From Camelus ferus (Eukaryota): 64,000 bases of DNA. The notes under the pieces are model-generated. The model ran no database searches. It had not been told where the DNA came from and saw nothing but the letters and a program-made list of their open reading frames with translations. Shown one piece after another: positions 13,741 through 27,154 of the stretch. Within the stretch, counting starts at the first letter, position 1, and each line of letters begins with the position of its first letter. Where the stretch lies: assembly GCF_009834535.1 (NCBI RefSeq), contig NC_045707.1, positions 47,060,001 to 47,124,000 of the forward strand, in the 5' to 3' direction. The position numbers and the translations under genes were made by a program.

Positions 13741-13830
13741 GAGGGTGGGGTTATAGCTCAGTAGAGCGTGTGCTTAGAACATGAGAAGTCCTGGGTTCAA
13801 TCCCCAGCATCTCCATTTAAAAAAAAAAAA
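13741..13830 (+). mobile_element. Short tRNA-derived SINE (camelid Vic-1-like)
   Basis: A box TAGCTCAGTAG, B box GGTTCAATCC, poly(A) tail, decayed TSD aaactatgactca / aaattacaactca. Confidence 0.85.
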
Positions 13831-13869
13831 ATTACAACTCAAGACAAATCAGAGACATGACTGCTAAAA

Positions 13870-14335
13870 AAAAATGCATTATTGGCACCATTTGCAGAAG
13901 TATGTTGTCCAGAATAAGAAAATGATGTTCAATTCAATTCTGGGTAATACATTTTAAGAAAGACATTATTAAAAGGGTATGTCCAGAAGAGGGCAACTAG
14001 GACAAGGAGCTTCTGGAAACCGTATCATATGGATAATAGGAAAAAGTGGAACTTTAAGAAAATTAAGGAGGGATAGGACAAGTATTTTCAAATATCCAAA
14101 GCACTGTCATATGTAAGAGGAAGTAAATCTCTTTTGTATAATTCTGGGGGAAGGATCAATTCTGAGGCTTACAAATCATAGGAAAACTGATTTTTAGCCC
14201 ACGCAGGGAAGTATTTTCTAATAATCAGAACTGTCCAATAATGGAATTAGCTTCCTGGAAGGGTAATGAACTCCTACTTACTAAAACTAAAAGAGTTCAA
14301 GCCAAAACTGAATAATTGTCTGGAAGGAATTCTGT
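13870..14335 (+). mobile_element. CR1/L3 LINE 3' relic
   Basis: gttcaattcaattctggg...cattttaagaaagacatt...tccagaagagggcaactagg...ttttcaaatat...ggaagtattttctaataatcagaactgtcc motifs. Confidence 0.6.
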
Positions 14336-16957
14336 AAAACAGGAGTTGTCAAATCATCTGTGACGGGGGGACAGTTTTTTAATCCACTGTGGTCCAATAC
14401 TTTTAAAATTATAATAAAACCAAATTAGTAAAATGAAAAAAACATAAAAAGTACAAGCTCAAATTTTTACTAATGCAATGAACATAAAATTAATTTTAAT
14501 AAACAGAATTAGACAAACATAAAAGGGGAAGAAAAAAGAATGATAAAACTACTGTTCATTGAACATATGCATTTAAGATTAATATAGAGAATTTCTATAA
14601 TTCTTAACATTTTGTTGTTTTTTAACTGTAACTGAAGAAAATTATGAATGAATTAGTAATCCTCTAGATTAGACCATTATATGCATACTCTGAATAAACA
14701 CCATGCATATTAATATTTTAAAGTTTTAATATTTTAAAACACCCTGTGACAAATGAACTTGTTTCTTTGTTAAAATATCTAATCCAGGTTGGATTGACAC
14801 AATATTATTTTCAGGGAATGATGTATATCCAAACTACTTCTATATATTTTTTCCTATCATTCATAAGAATGCATTGAGTTTACAAAGGGATAATGATGGG
14901 AATGGAAAAAAAGAGGTTTTAAAATAATTTCAGCATGCTCAGAATATGTGTTTTTAACTTTTGTCCAAAATGAAGCAAGTTATCTTATAATTTCAAAGTT
15001 CATTTTTAATTCTTCCTTAGTGGCCAGTTAGAACAATGTATTCTGTAAGTTATTAATTAAATTTAAATCATCTTTGGATGAAATAAGTGGGTTCCAGACC
15101 TATGAATTTGCTGTCTGAACATTCTTTTCCTAGAAAATAGAATTTAAAGTGTTCTATCAAACTGATAACAGTTTGATAACTTTTTGCAGATGTGCAACAT
15201 CAAGATAATCACCTATTCCACTGACAACTGTTAAATTACGAAACATGGAGTCTGCAAAAACCCTGTTCTTCCAAGCTTCTACCTTTTGTTTTTGCCCTCT
15301 GGTTTTACCTTCCATTGAAAAATATCTTGCATTCCTGCTCTGAGTGGATGAATTCTGAAGACTAAAATTCTGAAGATATCAAACAAATTAATAACTCTAG
15401 CTGGCCAATTTGTATCTTTAAAAAGGTGGTACCAAACTGATTCTTACAGTAATGCTAAATATTCAAATTACTCAATAGAATTTTCTCTCTAGATAACCAT
15501 CCTATCTCAGCATGTAATCATAGTTATTTCTGATGTTTTCCAATTACCACATAATAAAAAGAATAATTTCAAATTTCCAGCATTAGCCCTTAATAATTTA
15601 TAATCTTTAGTAAGCATACTGTTTAATTCAGTTGATGAGATTTTCATACTAAGACTTTCTGAAAGAAGTAATCTATTGACTTATATTCTGGGTCAAGATC
15701 TTTAAGTTCCTACTCCAGAATGTTTTCTTATCATTGCAGCTATGTATCCGATTGTATTCCTACACAAAACTTCAAACTACATTTACGGACAATGTAATTT
15801 TTCACAGCTTTCTGTTGTTTAGAGTTAGTTATCAGCAATGAAGCTGAAAAAGAGAATTCTTTGGACTTATCTCTGATTATCTAAGGTTGGGAGTTGGTGA
15901 GGACTGACAGCAAAAGGGACAAGAGATAATTTTGAGGAGTGCAGCAGTTTAGGCTTCCTGCAGGAAGATGCAATGTGAATGAATATGAGGTGATCTTACT
16001 ATCTAAGTGGTTGCCTTTGTGTAGAATTAGAAAATATATTACATATTCTTCCTGAACATTTCTTCCCAGTGCATTAAAGTCTTACTTTCAGAAGGTTAAA
16101 AAGCACATTAGAAACTAGTAGAGGGTTAACTGCTGAGCTGTAACTGGGAAAATATTTTGTTAGCATCAGAATATTTGCAAATTATTCTGATAAAAATATT
16201 AGCGATTAATTTTGAACTTCTGTGGAAAAAAAAAATCTAAGAAATCATTCCCTTTGCCTGAAAGCAATGGAGACATTTATTTAAGCCTTCAGCAAATGAA
16301 ATGGTTTGCTCACTTCTTGTGTTTATGCACTGATATCCAGGTAGACTCATTTCTGAATACACATCTGAAACTGGAAAAATATTCCTTGAGGAGGGGTTTG
16401 CCTTAAATGCTATAGCCATCCAAAACAAAGGCACATGATGTCTTGTTTTCTTCTTTTCTTAAAAATGCTTATTATGGCTGCTTCTGAGAATATGTAGAAA
16501 CCACACTTTCTTGCATATCAATATAATTCCAGTACTAATGTTATTATGTGCTGAGCTGCAGGCAAATAAGAAGTAGTGGCATCGCCTTTAATGAACTACT
16601 GAAAAACTACAGACCCTAGCCTCAGGCAAACACACAGATACTTATTCTCAAAATTCTACACAACTTCAGGAGTTTCACAGATGCTCTCAACCCCAAATCC
16701 CATTTACAGAATCCTTAGGTTAAAACCTTCTGCACTGGAGCTATTTCTTTTACAAAATCATATGAAGATGCTGTGGTACAATGAATGTACCAGGCCACAT
16801 TAGGCAATAGGGACATAGTGGTACACAGGGCCAGTCAAGGTCCTTGCAAGTCATGGAGTTTACAGTCTAGTAGGGAAGGTGGACTTTATCAAATATTTGC
16901 ACACACTAATTTCTTATTAAAAACTTTGATCAAGTCTAGTGGAAAAAAGGATTACAT

Positions 16958-19900
16958 CTGACCTCTCTTTAGATACCATACAAGAAAGAAGAGAATGGAG
17001 TGAAATATCTAAATGTTGAAATAAAAAAAGCCCACTAACCTAGAATTCTGTACCCTGCAATATTATCCTTCAAAAGTAAAGGATAAATAAATAAACAAAT
17101 AAAGACTTTCTCAAACAAAAATTGAAGGAATTTGTTGCCAGTAGATCTGTCTTGTGAAAAATGTTAAAAGAAGTTCTTTAGAGAGAAGGAAAATGATATA
17201 GGTCAGAAACATAGATCTACATAAATAATGGAAGAGCAGTGGAGAAGGAATAAGTGAAGGTAAAAACTTTTTTCTTATTCTTCACTGATTGTTCAAAAAA
17301 TAATAGCAACAATGTATTTGATTATGCATATATATGCTTAGGTATATATGCTTATATATGAGAAATGAATGACAGCAATGACATAAGAGATAGGAAGGAG
17401 TCATAGGATTAGTTTGCTATTATAAGGTTCTTGCACTACCCATGAAGCAGTATAGGGTTCCCATGAAAGTGGACTTGGCTAATTGCAAATGTGTCCTGCA
17501 AACTTTAGGGCAACCACTAAAAAAGATTTCTTAAAAAGAAGAAATATAACAAATACGCTAAGAAAGGAGAGAAAACACAATCATATAAAATTAATTAAAA
17601 ACCACAAAAGGCAAAAAAGAGTAGAAGACAAAAACAGGAACAAAGAACAAGGACAACAAATAGAAAACAGTAACAAATATGGTAGATAGTAATTCAACTA
17701 TGTCAGTAATCACTTTGAATGTCAATGGTCTAAATGCACCAATTAAAAAACAGAGATTGTCAGACTGGATCAAAAAATAAGACCCAACCATATGCTGTCT
17801 GCAAGAAACCCACTTTTAATATAAAGACACATCTAGATTAAAAATAAAGGGGTAGAGAAAGATATGCCACACTAACACTATTCAAAAGAAAGCAAGAATA
17901 GCTGTTTAATTTCAGATAGAGCTGACTTCTGAGCAAGTAAAGTTATCAGGGAAAAGAGGGGCATTATATAATGATAGAAGAGGCAATTCCCCAAGAAGAC
18001 TTAAGAATCCTTAATGTACATGAACCTAACAAAAGACTGTCAAAATATGTGAGGCAAAAACTGATAGAACTGCAAGGAGAAATAGATAAATCCACTATTA
18101 TAATTGGAGACTTTAATACACACTCTGTCAGAAATGGGCAGATCCAGCAGGCAGGCAATCAGTCAGGACATAGTTGAATTCAACAACACTATCAAGCAAC
18201 TGGATATAATGAACATCTATAGACTATTTCATCCAACAACAGCAGAATATATATTCTTCTCAAGCCCGCCTGGAACATTCACTAAGACAGACGACATTCT
18301 GGACCGTAAATAAACTTTACTGAACTTAACAGAAATCAATCATCTGCTCTCAGACCACAATGAAATTAAACTAGAAATCAGTAGCAGACAGACAGCTGGA
18401 AAATCCTCAAATACATGGAAATTCAGCAATATACTGCTAAATAATACATGGGTCAAAGAAGACGTATCAAGAGAAATAAATAATATTTTGAACTAAATGA
18501 AAATGAAAACACAACTTACTAATATTTGTGGGATACAGTAAAAGAAGTGCTTAAAGGGAAATATTAGCATTGAATATATTAGAAAAAAAGAAAGATCTAA
18601 AATCAACCACCTAAGCTTCTACTTTAGGAAACTAGAAAAGAGCAAATTAAATCCAAAGTTAGCAGAAGAAAAGAAATAATAAGAATCAGAGAAGGAATCA
18701 ATACAGTCGAAAACAGGAAATCAGTAGGAAAAAAAAATCAATAAAACCAAAAACTGGTTCTCTGTAAAGATCACTAAAAATCAAAGCCATTAGCTAAGCT
18801 AACTAAAAAGAAAAGGGAGAAGACACAAACTCTTAATATTAGACATGAAACAAGGGACATCACTACAGATCCCATATACATTAGAAGGATAATGAAAAAA
18901 TATGAACAACTCTATACCCACAAATTTGATGACTTAGATGAAATGGACCAATTCTTTGAAAGACAATCTAGGAAAACTCTCACAAGAAATAGACTATTTG
19001 AATATGTCTATATTTATTAAAGAAATTGCATCCATTATTAATAACCTTCCAAAACATAAAGCACCAGGCCTACATGATTCACTGGTGAATTGTACCAAAC
19101 AGTTAAGAAATAATACCAATTCTCTACAATCCCCTTCAGTGGACAGAGCAGATGGAATATTTCCTAACTCATTCTATGAGGTCAGCATTACCCTAATATC
19201 AAAACCAGACAAAAGTATTACAATAAGAGAAAACTACAGGCGGATATCTAAAATGAACACAGATGCAAAAATTCTCACCAAAATATTAGCAAATCAAATT
19301 CAAGAAAGTCTAAAAAGAATTATGTACCGTGAACAAGTGGGATTTATCCCAGGTATGTAAAGCTGGTTCAGCATTCAAAAATTAATTAATATAATCCATC
19401 AGTAATGAAGACGTCAGAGGACTGACACCACCAGCCTTCAAGGCTTACTACATAAAATACAGTCATCAAGACAATGTGGTATTGGTGAGAGAACAGACAA
19501 GTAGATAAATGGAACAGAGAGCGCAGAAACAGACTCACATAAATATAGTCAATCTTTGACAAAGGAGTAATGGCAACATAAAGGAGCAAAGACAGTCTTT
19601 TTAAGAAATAGTGCTGGAAAAACCAGACATCCACATGCAAAAAAATGAACTAGAAACAGATCTTTCACAAAAATTAACTCAAAATGGATCACAGACCTAA
19701 ATGTAAAATGTAAAACTATAAAACTTTCAGAAGATAACATAGGAGAAAATCTAAATGATATTGGGTTTGGTAATGACTTTTTAGATACAATACCAAAGGC
19801 ACGATCCATAAAAAAAGAAACTGATAAGCTAAACTTTATTTAAATTAAAAATTTATACTCTGTGAAAGGACACTGTCAAGAGAATGAAAAGAAAGGCCAT

Positions 19901-21135
19901 AGACTGGGAGAAAATATTTTCAAAAAACATATCTGATAAAGGACTATTATCCAAAATATACAAAAAGAACTCTTAAAACTCAACAATAAGAAAACAAACA
20001 ACCCAATTTTAAAAATGGGCCAAAAATGTTCTAATATTGACTGTTGTGATGGCTGTACAACTCTGTAAATATATTAAAAACCACTAAATTGTATACTTTA
20101 AATGGGTGAATTGTATGGGATGTGAATTCTAACTCAATAAAGCAATTTAAAAAAAATGGGTCAAAGATTTTAACTGACACCTTACCAACTGATATACAAA
20201 TGGCAAACAAGCAGATGAAAAGATGCTCTGCATCTTATTACGTTATCAGAGAAATGCAAATTAAAACAATGACATACAACTACACACCAAGAATGGCCAA
20301 GATTCAAAATACTGACAACACTAAATGCTGATAAGGATGTGGAGCAACAGGAACTCTAATTCACTGTTTATGGGAATACAAAATGGTCCAACCACTTTCA
20401 GAGTCTGGCAGTTTCTTACAAATTTAAACATACTCTTACATATGATCCAGCAATCATGCCCTTGTTACTTACTCAAAAAAGTTGAAAACTTATGTCCATA
20501 CAAAAACCTGCAAGCAGATGTTTACAGCAGCTTTGTTCATAACTGCCAAATTTGGAAGCACCCAAGATTACCTTCAGTAGATAATCTTATAAATAAACAG
20601 GTACATCTATAAAATGAATTATCATTCAGCACTAAAAAGAAATGAGCTATCAAGCTGTGAAAAGACATGGAGAAAACAAATGCACATTACTAAGTGAAAG
20701 AAGTCAATCTGAAAAGACTACATCCTGTACGATTCTAATATATAACTATAGAAAAGGCAAAACTATGGAGACAAGAAAAAGATCAGTGGTTGCTAGGGCT
20801 TAGGGAGGAAAAAGGGAATGAAAAGGCATAGCACTATTTTTAGGGCAGTGAAACTACTCTATATGATACTGTAATGGCAGATACATGCCATTCTACATTT
20901 GTTAGAATGCACAATACCAAGAGTGAACTCTGAGGTAAACTATGGACTCTGGGTGATAATAGGTCAATGTAGGAACATCACTGTAACAAATCTAACACTC
21001 TGGTGGGAGATTTTGATAATGGGGGAGGCTATGCATGTGTAGGGTCATAAGAACATGGGAAATATCTGTATCTTCCATTCAATTTTGCTGTAAACCTTAA
21101 CTACTCTAAAAAATAGTTTTCTAAAAAAAGAAAAA
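16958..21135 (+). mobile_element. Degenerate L1 (L1MC-like): ORF1 end, ORF2 endonuclease, most of RT deleted near 19400, 3' UTR and A-rich tail
   Basis: ORF fragments EDLRILNVHEPN...TIIIGDFNT (endonuclease), [16 protein letters not shown]...QVGFIPGM and [11 protein letters not shown]...IREMQIKT; many stops and frameshifts. Confidence 0.92.
20025..20151 (+). mobile_element. Short L1 3'-end fragment nested in the older L1
   Basis: Ends ctcaataaagcaatttaaaa; flanked by AAAAATGGGCCAAA (20011-20024) and AAAAATGGGTCAAA (20152-20165). Confidence 0.75.
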
Positions 21136-23049
21136 GTATCCACCAGGATGTTAGTAACAGCATTCTTTCTAACTGGGAAAAGAAATAATGATTATGTCTA
21201 ATAGTAGAGAATTAACTAAATTATGACAATCCAGATTATAGAGTAATATGCATCCATTAAATGAGAGCATTTACTATATGGAAAAACACTCATAACATTA
21301 AGTGAAAAAAATTATAAAACTACATGCATAATAAATACTATTTTTATTTTTGAAATACATTTATGTAGCAAAATAACAGGGAAGAAGCATAGCAGAAATG
21401 TTAGTGTTATCTTTACATGGGATAATTAGGGGTAATTTTATTTCCTATTTATTTAGTCTCTAATTTTTAAAAAAATGATGCATTACATTCATGGTTAAAA
21501 AACAATGTAATTAGAAAAATTAAATAGCTCAGCAGATACTAGTTAAGTAGATATTATGCTCCTTAGAAGGGGCCCATTTTTTCTTATTGGCCTAGCAAAA
21601 AGTACAATGCCTCTTCATGTGAGGTAAGGGTTCAATAAATGCTTAATGACTACATCAAAAAATAAATACTGGTCTCATTTAATTTCACTATTGTCATTTA
21701 CTCTATTAGTCATTCTTACCTAAAGAACATTCAAATACTGTCTGCCAAACTAAGCATGTTAGAAGTCACTACCTTTGGGTGAGGGAAGTTCCAACTGAAC
21801 CCTATGTGAGAGTGCCCTCTAGTGGTTTCACTGACAATTTTTTAATCAATTTGAGGTGTGTTAATAATACACTTTATCAATGGAAAGAAATATGAGAATA
21901 AGGACTGAGTAGTAAGATTTTCATGAAACTAAATTTATTCCAGTTAAAGGACTATCAGACCTTATATACTTTTAAAATTTCTAGAAAATAAAACATTTCA
22001 TAAAATGTTAGTGATGGTGGATAATAGGTTACTCCTGTGGGGTGGGGAATGGCAGAAGCAGAGGGGAGGTGATAGAGGTGATGAAATACATACTTATTTA
22101 GCAAAATTAAATAACAGCCAACTCATGAAAACTAAACTTCCAGGAACTACAGTGTTAACTACAATGTATATATTTCCAATACAATAAAAACTAAGTTAAT
22201 TCTCCAAAGCACTGACATGTGAATGTATGGTATGGGCATCTTACGACTGAACAATCTCTATTTAGTAGTGAACAATCTCTATTTAGTAGATCCTTGTACT
22301 TAAAAGAAAATTTCTTATTTAATAAATTGAGTTTTTATTGTTCCTACTTTTGTAACACGGCATATCTCCATCTTTGTAAAAATTTGCATGTAAATCAACA
22401 TAAAAAAACTAACCATTTTCAAAGATATGTCACCATAGCTGGTAAATATTTCTGATTATCAAGTTTTATCAACTTGTATTTTCTTTGTTCTTTCCCCCCA
22501 AATTAATAATATATTAATGAAAAAGGTATAAACCACTTGAAAACATTTCCTTTAGGTAATAGAGAGTGGTCATTGTTAATTATTTCCTTTACTCTTTCCT
22601 ATTCTATTCCTTACATTTTACTGAACACTTGAACCTTCAGCTACAGTTCCTTTATTAAAAGAACTAGACTAAGCAAGACTTTGAATGTGAAATCATTTTT
22701 CATTTCAAATTTTAAAATATCACAAATATTTTACAAGTTTGAATAAAGTACCTTTCTACCTTAAAAGATTCCTCACCTCCTAAAAGAAATCACAGGGCAG
22801 CAATGCTATTAAGGATCATATATAAGCTGGAAGTGATAATCAACAGAACAGACTATTAGCATTCCTGTAACACTAGTTTCGTAATATTAACATTTTAATC
22901 ACAGAGTTGCATGTGTTCTGAAGCTACCATAATTTTTAAGAGAGCCAGAAAAAAAATCTCAAAATTAAGTTTATAATATTTCTCTAGGAAAGCACATTCT
23001 TGGGTGAAAGAAAACACCCCTTGTCATAGTTACTGACACACTGTAAGAA

Positions 23050-23225
23050 AGCTTTGGAGCCTGGCAGTTTGGATCCCAGCTCTCCCACTTGGTAGGTAGG
23101 GAAGCGTTCAAGCCACTCAGCCTTACCTGTAAAATGGGGATGATGCTCTTTCTTCAAAGGATTGTTGTGAGAATTTAATAATAACGAATACAAAGGACCT
23201 AGCAGATAGTAGACACATTTAAATA
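23050..23225 (+). mobile_element. MIR SINE
   Basis: Core atcccagctctcccactt...ctcagccttacctgtaaaatggggatgat...ggattgttgtgagaattta. Confidence 0.75.
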
Positions 23226-23531
23226 TAACTAGTTTAATTATTTCCTAGAGCCACAAAAAAAGGAAACATTATAACATCTATTTTCTGTATGGACCTCATG
23301 AGCTTCTTTTCAAAGGCAATTTAAAAATCTCCTTCAGGAGTACCATGTACATTTTTATTAATCATATTTATACTACTAACAATATTAAGCTGATAATGTA
23401 AAAATATTTAATGACACTAGACAAGTAACTCAAAAGAAAATAAGATGAAATAGGCTACTGTAGATAAGAATGTCAAATCCAGAATTACTTAATATATATA
23501 AAGAAATAAACATTCTAATATATGAAGGCAT

Positions 23532-23537
23532 TTTATT
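23532..23537 (-). terminator. MRPL42: Candidate proximal polyadenylation signal of MRPL42
   Basis: AATAAA on the minus strand about 107 nt after the stop. More AATAAA hexamers lie downstream (e.g. 23354-23359, 22651-22656), so actual usage is unknown. Confidence 0.5.
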
Positions 23538-23643
23538 ATTATTTTACTATGTAACATATTAATGGATATACCCAATTGCATTTTCTCAAACGACAAATGA
23601 GATACAGGGTAACACTTCTCTTTAATTCCCAAAAATCTCAGTA

Positions 23644-23689
23644 TCATCTGTCTTTTGGAGGATCCAGTTTTCTACGACGTCTATGATAC
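23644..23689 (-). CDS. MRPL42: MRPL42 exon 6 coding part with stop codon
   Basis: ttcttttcaAG|G TAT CAT AGA CGT CGT AGA AAA CTG GAT CCT CCA AAA GAC AGA TGA = YHRRRRKLDPPKDR*. Spliced CDS 70+61+85+164+46 = 426 nt, 141 aa. Confidence 0.96.
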
Positions 23690-24229
23690 CTTGAAAAGAA
23701 GAAAATATTTAAGATAAGATTATTTTAATAAAAGTTAACTGTTCCTGATAGAAACATCAAATTTCTATTAGCTTGCTGTTTACTGGCAATCAATAAAATC
23801 AGTAAAATCTAATATATATGTATCATATATACATAGATACATCTCAGCTAGATATTTAATAATAAGCCATATTTCCCTGCTGTGAAGATTGTTTTCTATT
23901 AGTTAAGCATTTGGAAAGTCTTTTTTCAGATTTTGACATAATTTCAATATGGTACCTAGATAACTGTTTCTTCATTTAGAACTAATGATCGTGTTTATAA
24001 TAAACAGTACATTGTTAACATGCTGAATATGCTCTACTAAAGTTTTATTTAAAAGGGGATGTTCAGCTCTAAATGGAGGCCTCTTGAGCTGCAAAATCAT
24101 GTTTTAACATACAATAAAATACTAGTAATATGTATATGGAAAAATGTGCAATGTCACAAAAAATGGAAGAAATGCAAACTAAAACAGTGAGAACTAACCT
24201 TTTACTTATTTTTGCAATCACAAATTTTT

Positions 24230-24330
24230 TTCACATTTTTTATTGAATTAGTCATTTTACAATGTTGTGTCAAATTCCAGTAGAACACAATTTTTCAGTT
24301 ACACATGAACATACATATACTCATTGTCAC
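24230..24330 (-). mobile_element. Very short L1 3' end
   Basis: Poly-T, then ttttacaatgttgtgtcaaattccagt..., the reverse complement of the L1 terminus seen at 29700-29785. Confidence 0.65.
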
Positions 24331-25642
24331 AAATATTTTAAAAATCATAATGTACAATCTAAGTACAGGTATGGTAAAATAATAACAGAGCCACTAGTTA
24401 CAGTACTGATCAGTAAAATACTTATAAAAAACAGTATTATTTATAAAAAATTTTTTTAATAGTCATAATTTTTGATCTAGTAATTTCTCTTCTGGATATT
24501 TAACCGAAAACAATAAGTAAATAGTTAAATTAGTAAGCATTTCAGTATTAAAATATACATATTTAATATTAAACATTAAGGAGGAAGGGGATGATACAGG
24601 ATATAAATTTGTATATGCAGTATGATTAAAACCATGTAAAAGGGGAGCACACCCACTTATGGTCTGAACTTCCAGTTGGTTAAAGTTGCTCAAAAGAGAA
24701 AGCCCTCAGAATGTTTTGTCACCATCATCACACAAGCCAAGTAGAAAGAGGTTGTGGTGAGGTTTAATACTTATCAGTAGAGAAACAATGCTTGAAATGC
24801 TTGGAAAAAAATCTTCCTTAGATATATCACCTAAGACTTTTACACTAGGTTGCTAAAAATTAGTGTCTGGGAATGTTTTCTAGATAATATAACTAAGCAA
24901 TTTACTAGAGAAGCAATTATCAAAAGTCTGTTAAAATTTGAATTTCGAATTACAGGATCAGATGACATGTTACATGGTTAATTTTCTATTGCAATAAAAT
25001 ATTTTTATAAAATTAAAAAAAACATGTAAAAATGAGGAAACTAACAAAACTTAGGTATAGATATAAGACAGAAATAAAATGTATTGTCAGCAATGATTAA
25101 CTGATTTCACCATGGAGAATTTTTCTTCTCAACATTTCCTTATTTTATTTATTGATTTAGGAAAATTTCTACAGAGTACATGTGTTTTTGGTGATAAATT
25201 CTTCTAAAAAATTTCCATAAGGCCAGACTTTGGCAAGTTGGTCTGAGTTAACTTCTTTTAAACTTTTTTGCTGGTGGAGAAATTCAATATAAAGATTTCT
25301 ATATCATAAATAAGACATGTATCTTATGCTCTTTAGTTGTGGTGATTAAGATACCTGAAGTAGTTTTTGCTTAAGATTTCATATAGGCAACTTTCCTATA
25401 CACTGTTTTTTTTCTGATACTGATTTTTTGAAAATCTGCAAAATACAGAAATTCAGTTAAAAAAATAAAGTACATCTATATATACTAACATAGAACACTA
25501 AGTTGTAGAATAATACATATAGCATAATATCACTTACATAAACATTTTTACATGTACTTATACTGGCATAGAGAAAATTACTTTTTTTTTTTTAAGGGTT
25601 CCAGGTACAGGCTGGAAAATCAAGGTTTTAGTAATGCAGTAC

Positions 25643-26276
25643 TGAGACAGGAGGGAAGAGGGCAGGGTATAATCACTCAAGTAATGACAGCAATTTAACA
25701 CCAAAATGGTAGAAGATTCACCTCCTAGTTGGCCTTGAGGATTAAGAGCTTCAACTTCTAAGTAGAACTTGAGCTTCATTATATGCTCACTGTAACAGTG
25801 TGATCAAATAACATACCCACAGGCACCATGACAGCCCCAGGGCTAACTACAAAAGGCCAAAGAATGGGCAGAGGCCCAGTTCCTGGTAATATCAGCCCCT
25901 TCCCCAGGGCAGCTGGATTGATCCCACCTACAGGCACGTGAAGCTACTGAGACCATAAAAAGTGACAACACCACGCCTAGTGGCCCTTTGTGCTCTCTCC
26001 CCTTTGGAGGCGGCCAGACTGTCTATGGAGTGTGTACCTACTTCTGCTTTCACCTGAGCACCCAATTCCCACACCTCTTTCCTTGCCTTTCTCTTGCCTT
26101 ACACCCTATGCAGTATGTATCTCTCTAAATAAATCTACCTTTACTCAACGGTGGCTCGCACTTGAATTCTTTCCTGCACGAAGCCAAGGACCCACACTTG
26201 GCAGGCTCGTCCTAGGAACTCAACCGAGACCTGGGACTCGGCCCTGCTCACGTCCCACATCCGTTTTCCTGCATCA
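25643..26276 (+). mobile_element. Solo ERV LTR in MRPL42 intron 5, antisense to the gene
   Basis: Starts TGAGACAGGAGGG and ends GCATCA. Flanks GTAC/GTAG form a 4-bp TSD with 1 mismatch. TATA-like CATAAAA at about 25954, AATAAA 26128-26133. GC-richer than the flanks. Confidence 0.75.
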
Positions 26277-27154
26277 GTAGTATCTTTCAAAGGTGTTCTT
26301 GCAAAGCAGTTAGTCAGTCACCAGAACAGGGCTTTGAGAAGTCAAAAAATTCCTAAAATTATTTATAAAAATTCTGAACATGCGTTTTTCTGGGAGGTGG
26401 CTTCATAGGTTTTATTGGATTCTCAGTGAAATCTGTGGCCCTAAAAATCTAACAACTATCCTATAAAAACATGATTCAGCTTACATTGCTCAACATTTTC
26501 ATTACTCAAGGCTGACTCAAAATGCCTGAGATCCTGATAGCCCTAAACCTAACAAAGTCAAATTCTAAAAGATAATCAATGTCAAGTAGCATTTACAGAT
26601 TTCTTATCATGCATGAATGTCAATACATGCTACAATCACTAGCCAGAAGCAATCAAGCACTTGAACTTTAGGATGCCCTTATAACTTATCATCCAAACTT
26701 GGATCCTTTAAAGAATAAAAACCCACTCTATTAATAATTAACAGAGTTAAACTGAGACTGTTCCTGGCAAACCGAAATGTATTGGTATTGTTCTTAAATT
26801 ACACAACGATTCAGTGATACCTGAAATATTTTCCACAGTTCTTAGTTCAGAATAGAATTCACCTCCTGGTTCACAAGGCAGCTACACGTTCAAATGTTTC
26901 CTACTGATGGTGGTAGCTAAGTTTTGATGTCTCCATGGAAAAATATTAATTTTTTAAATAAAGTGGTACAATTATACATTTATAGGATGCTTTATATTTC
27001 AGAAATTTAGAATTACTTTTCAGATCCTTCTTACTTTCTATCCAGACTTCTTTCAATACTTCCATCCTTCTTTCTTTCAACATAACTTTACAGTTCATGG
27101 AGCTATGTTAGCTAATTATTTTCTTTTTTTAGGAGATAGTATGAAAATCAAAAT

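Noticed and set aside
13741..13815. Possible tRNA gene
   Set aside because: Has a poly(A) tail, TSDs, a poor acceptor stem and a second decayed copy, so it is a SINE.
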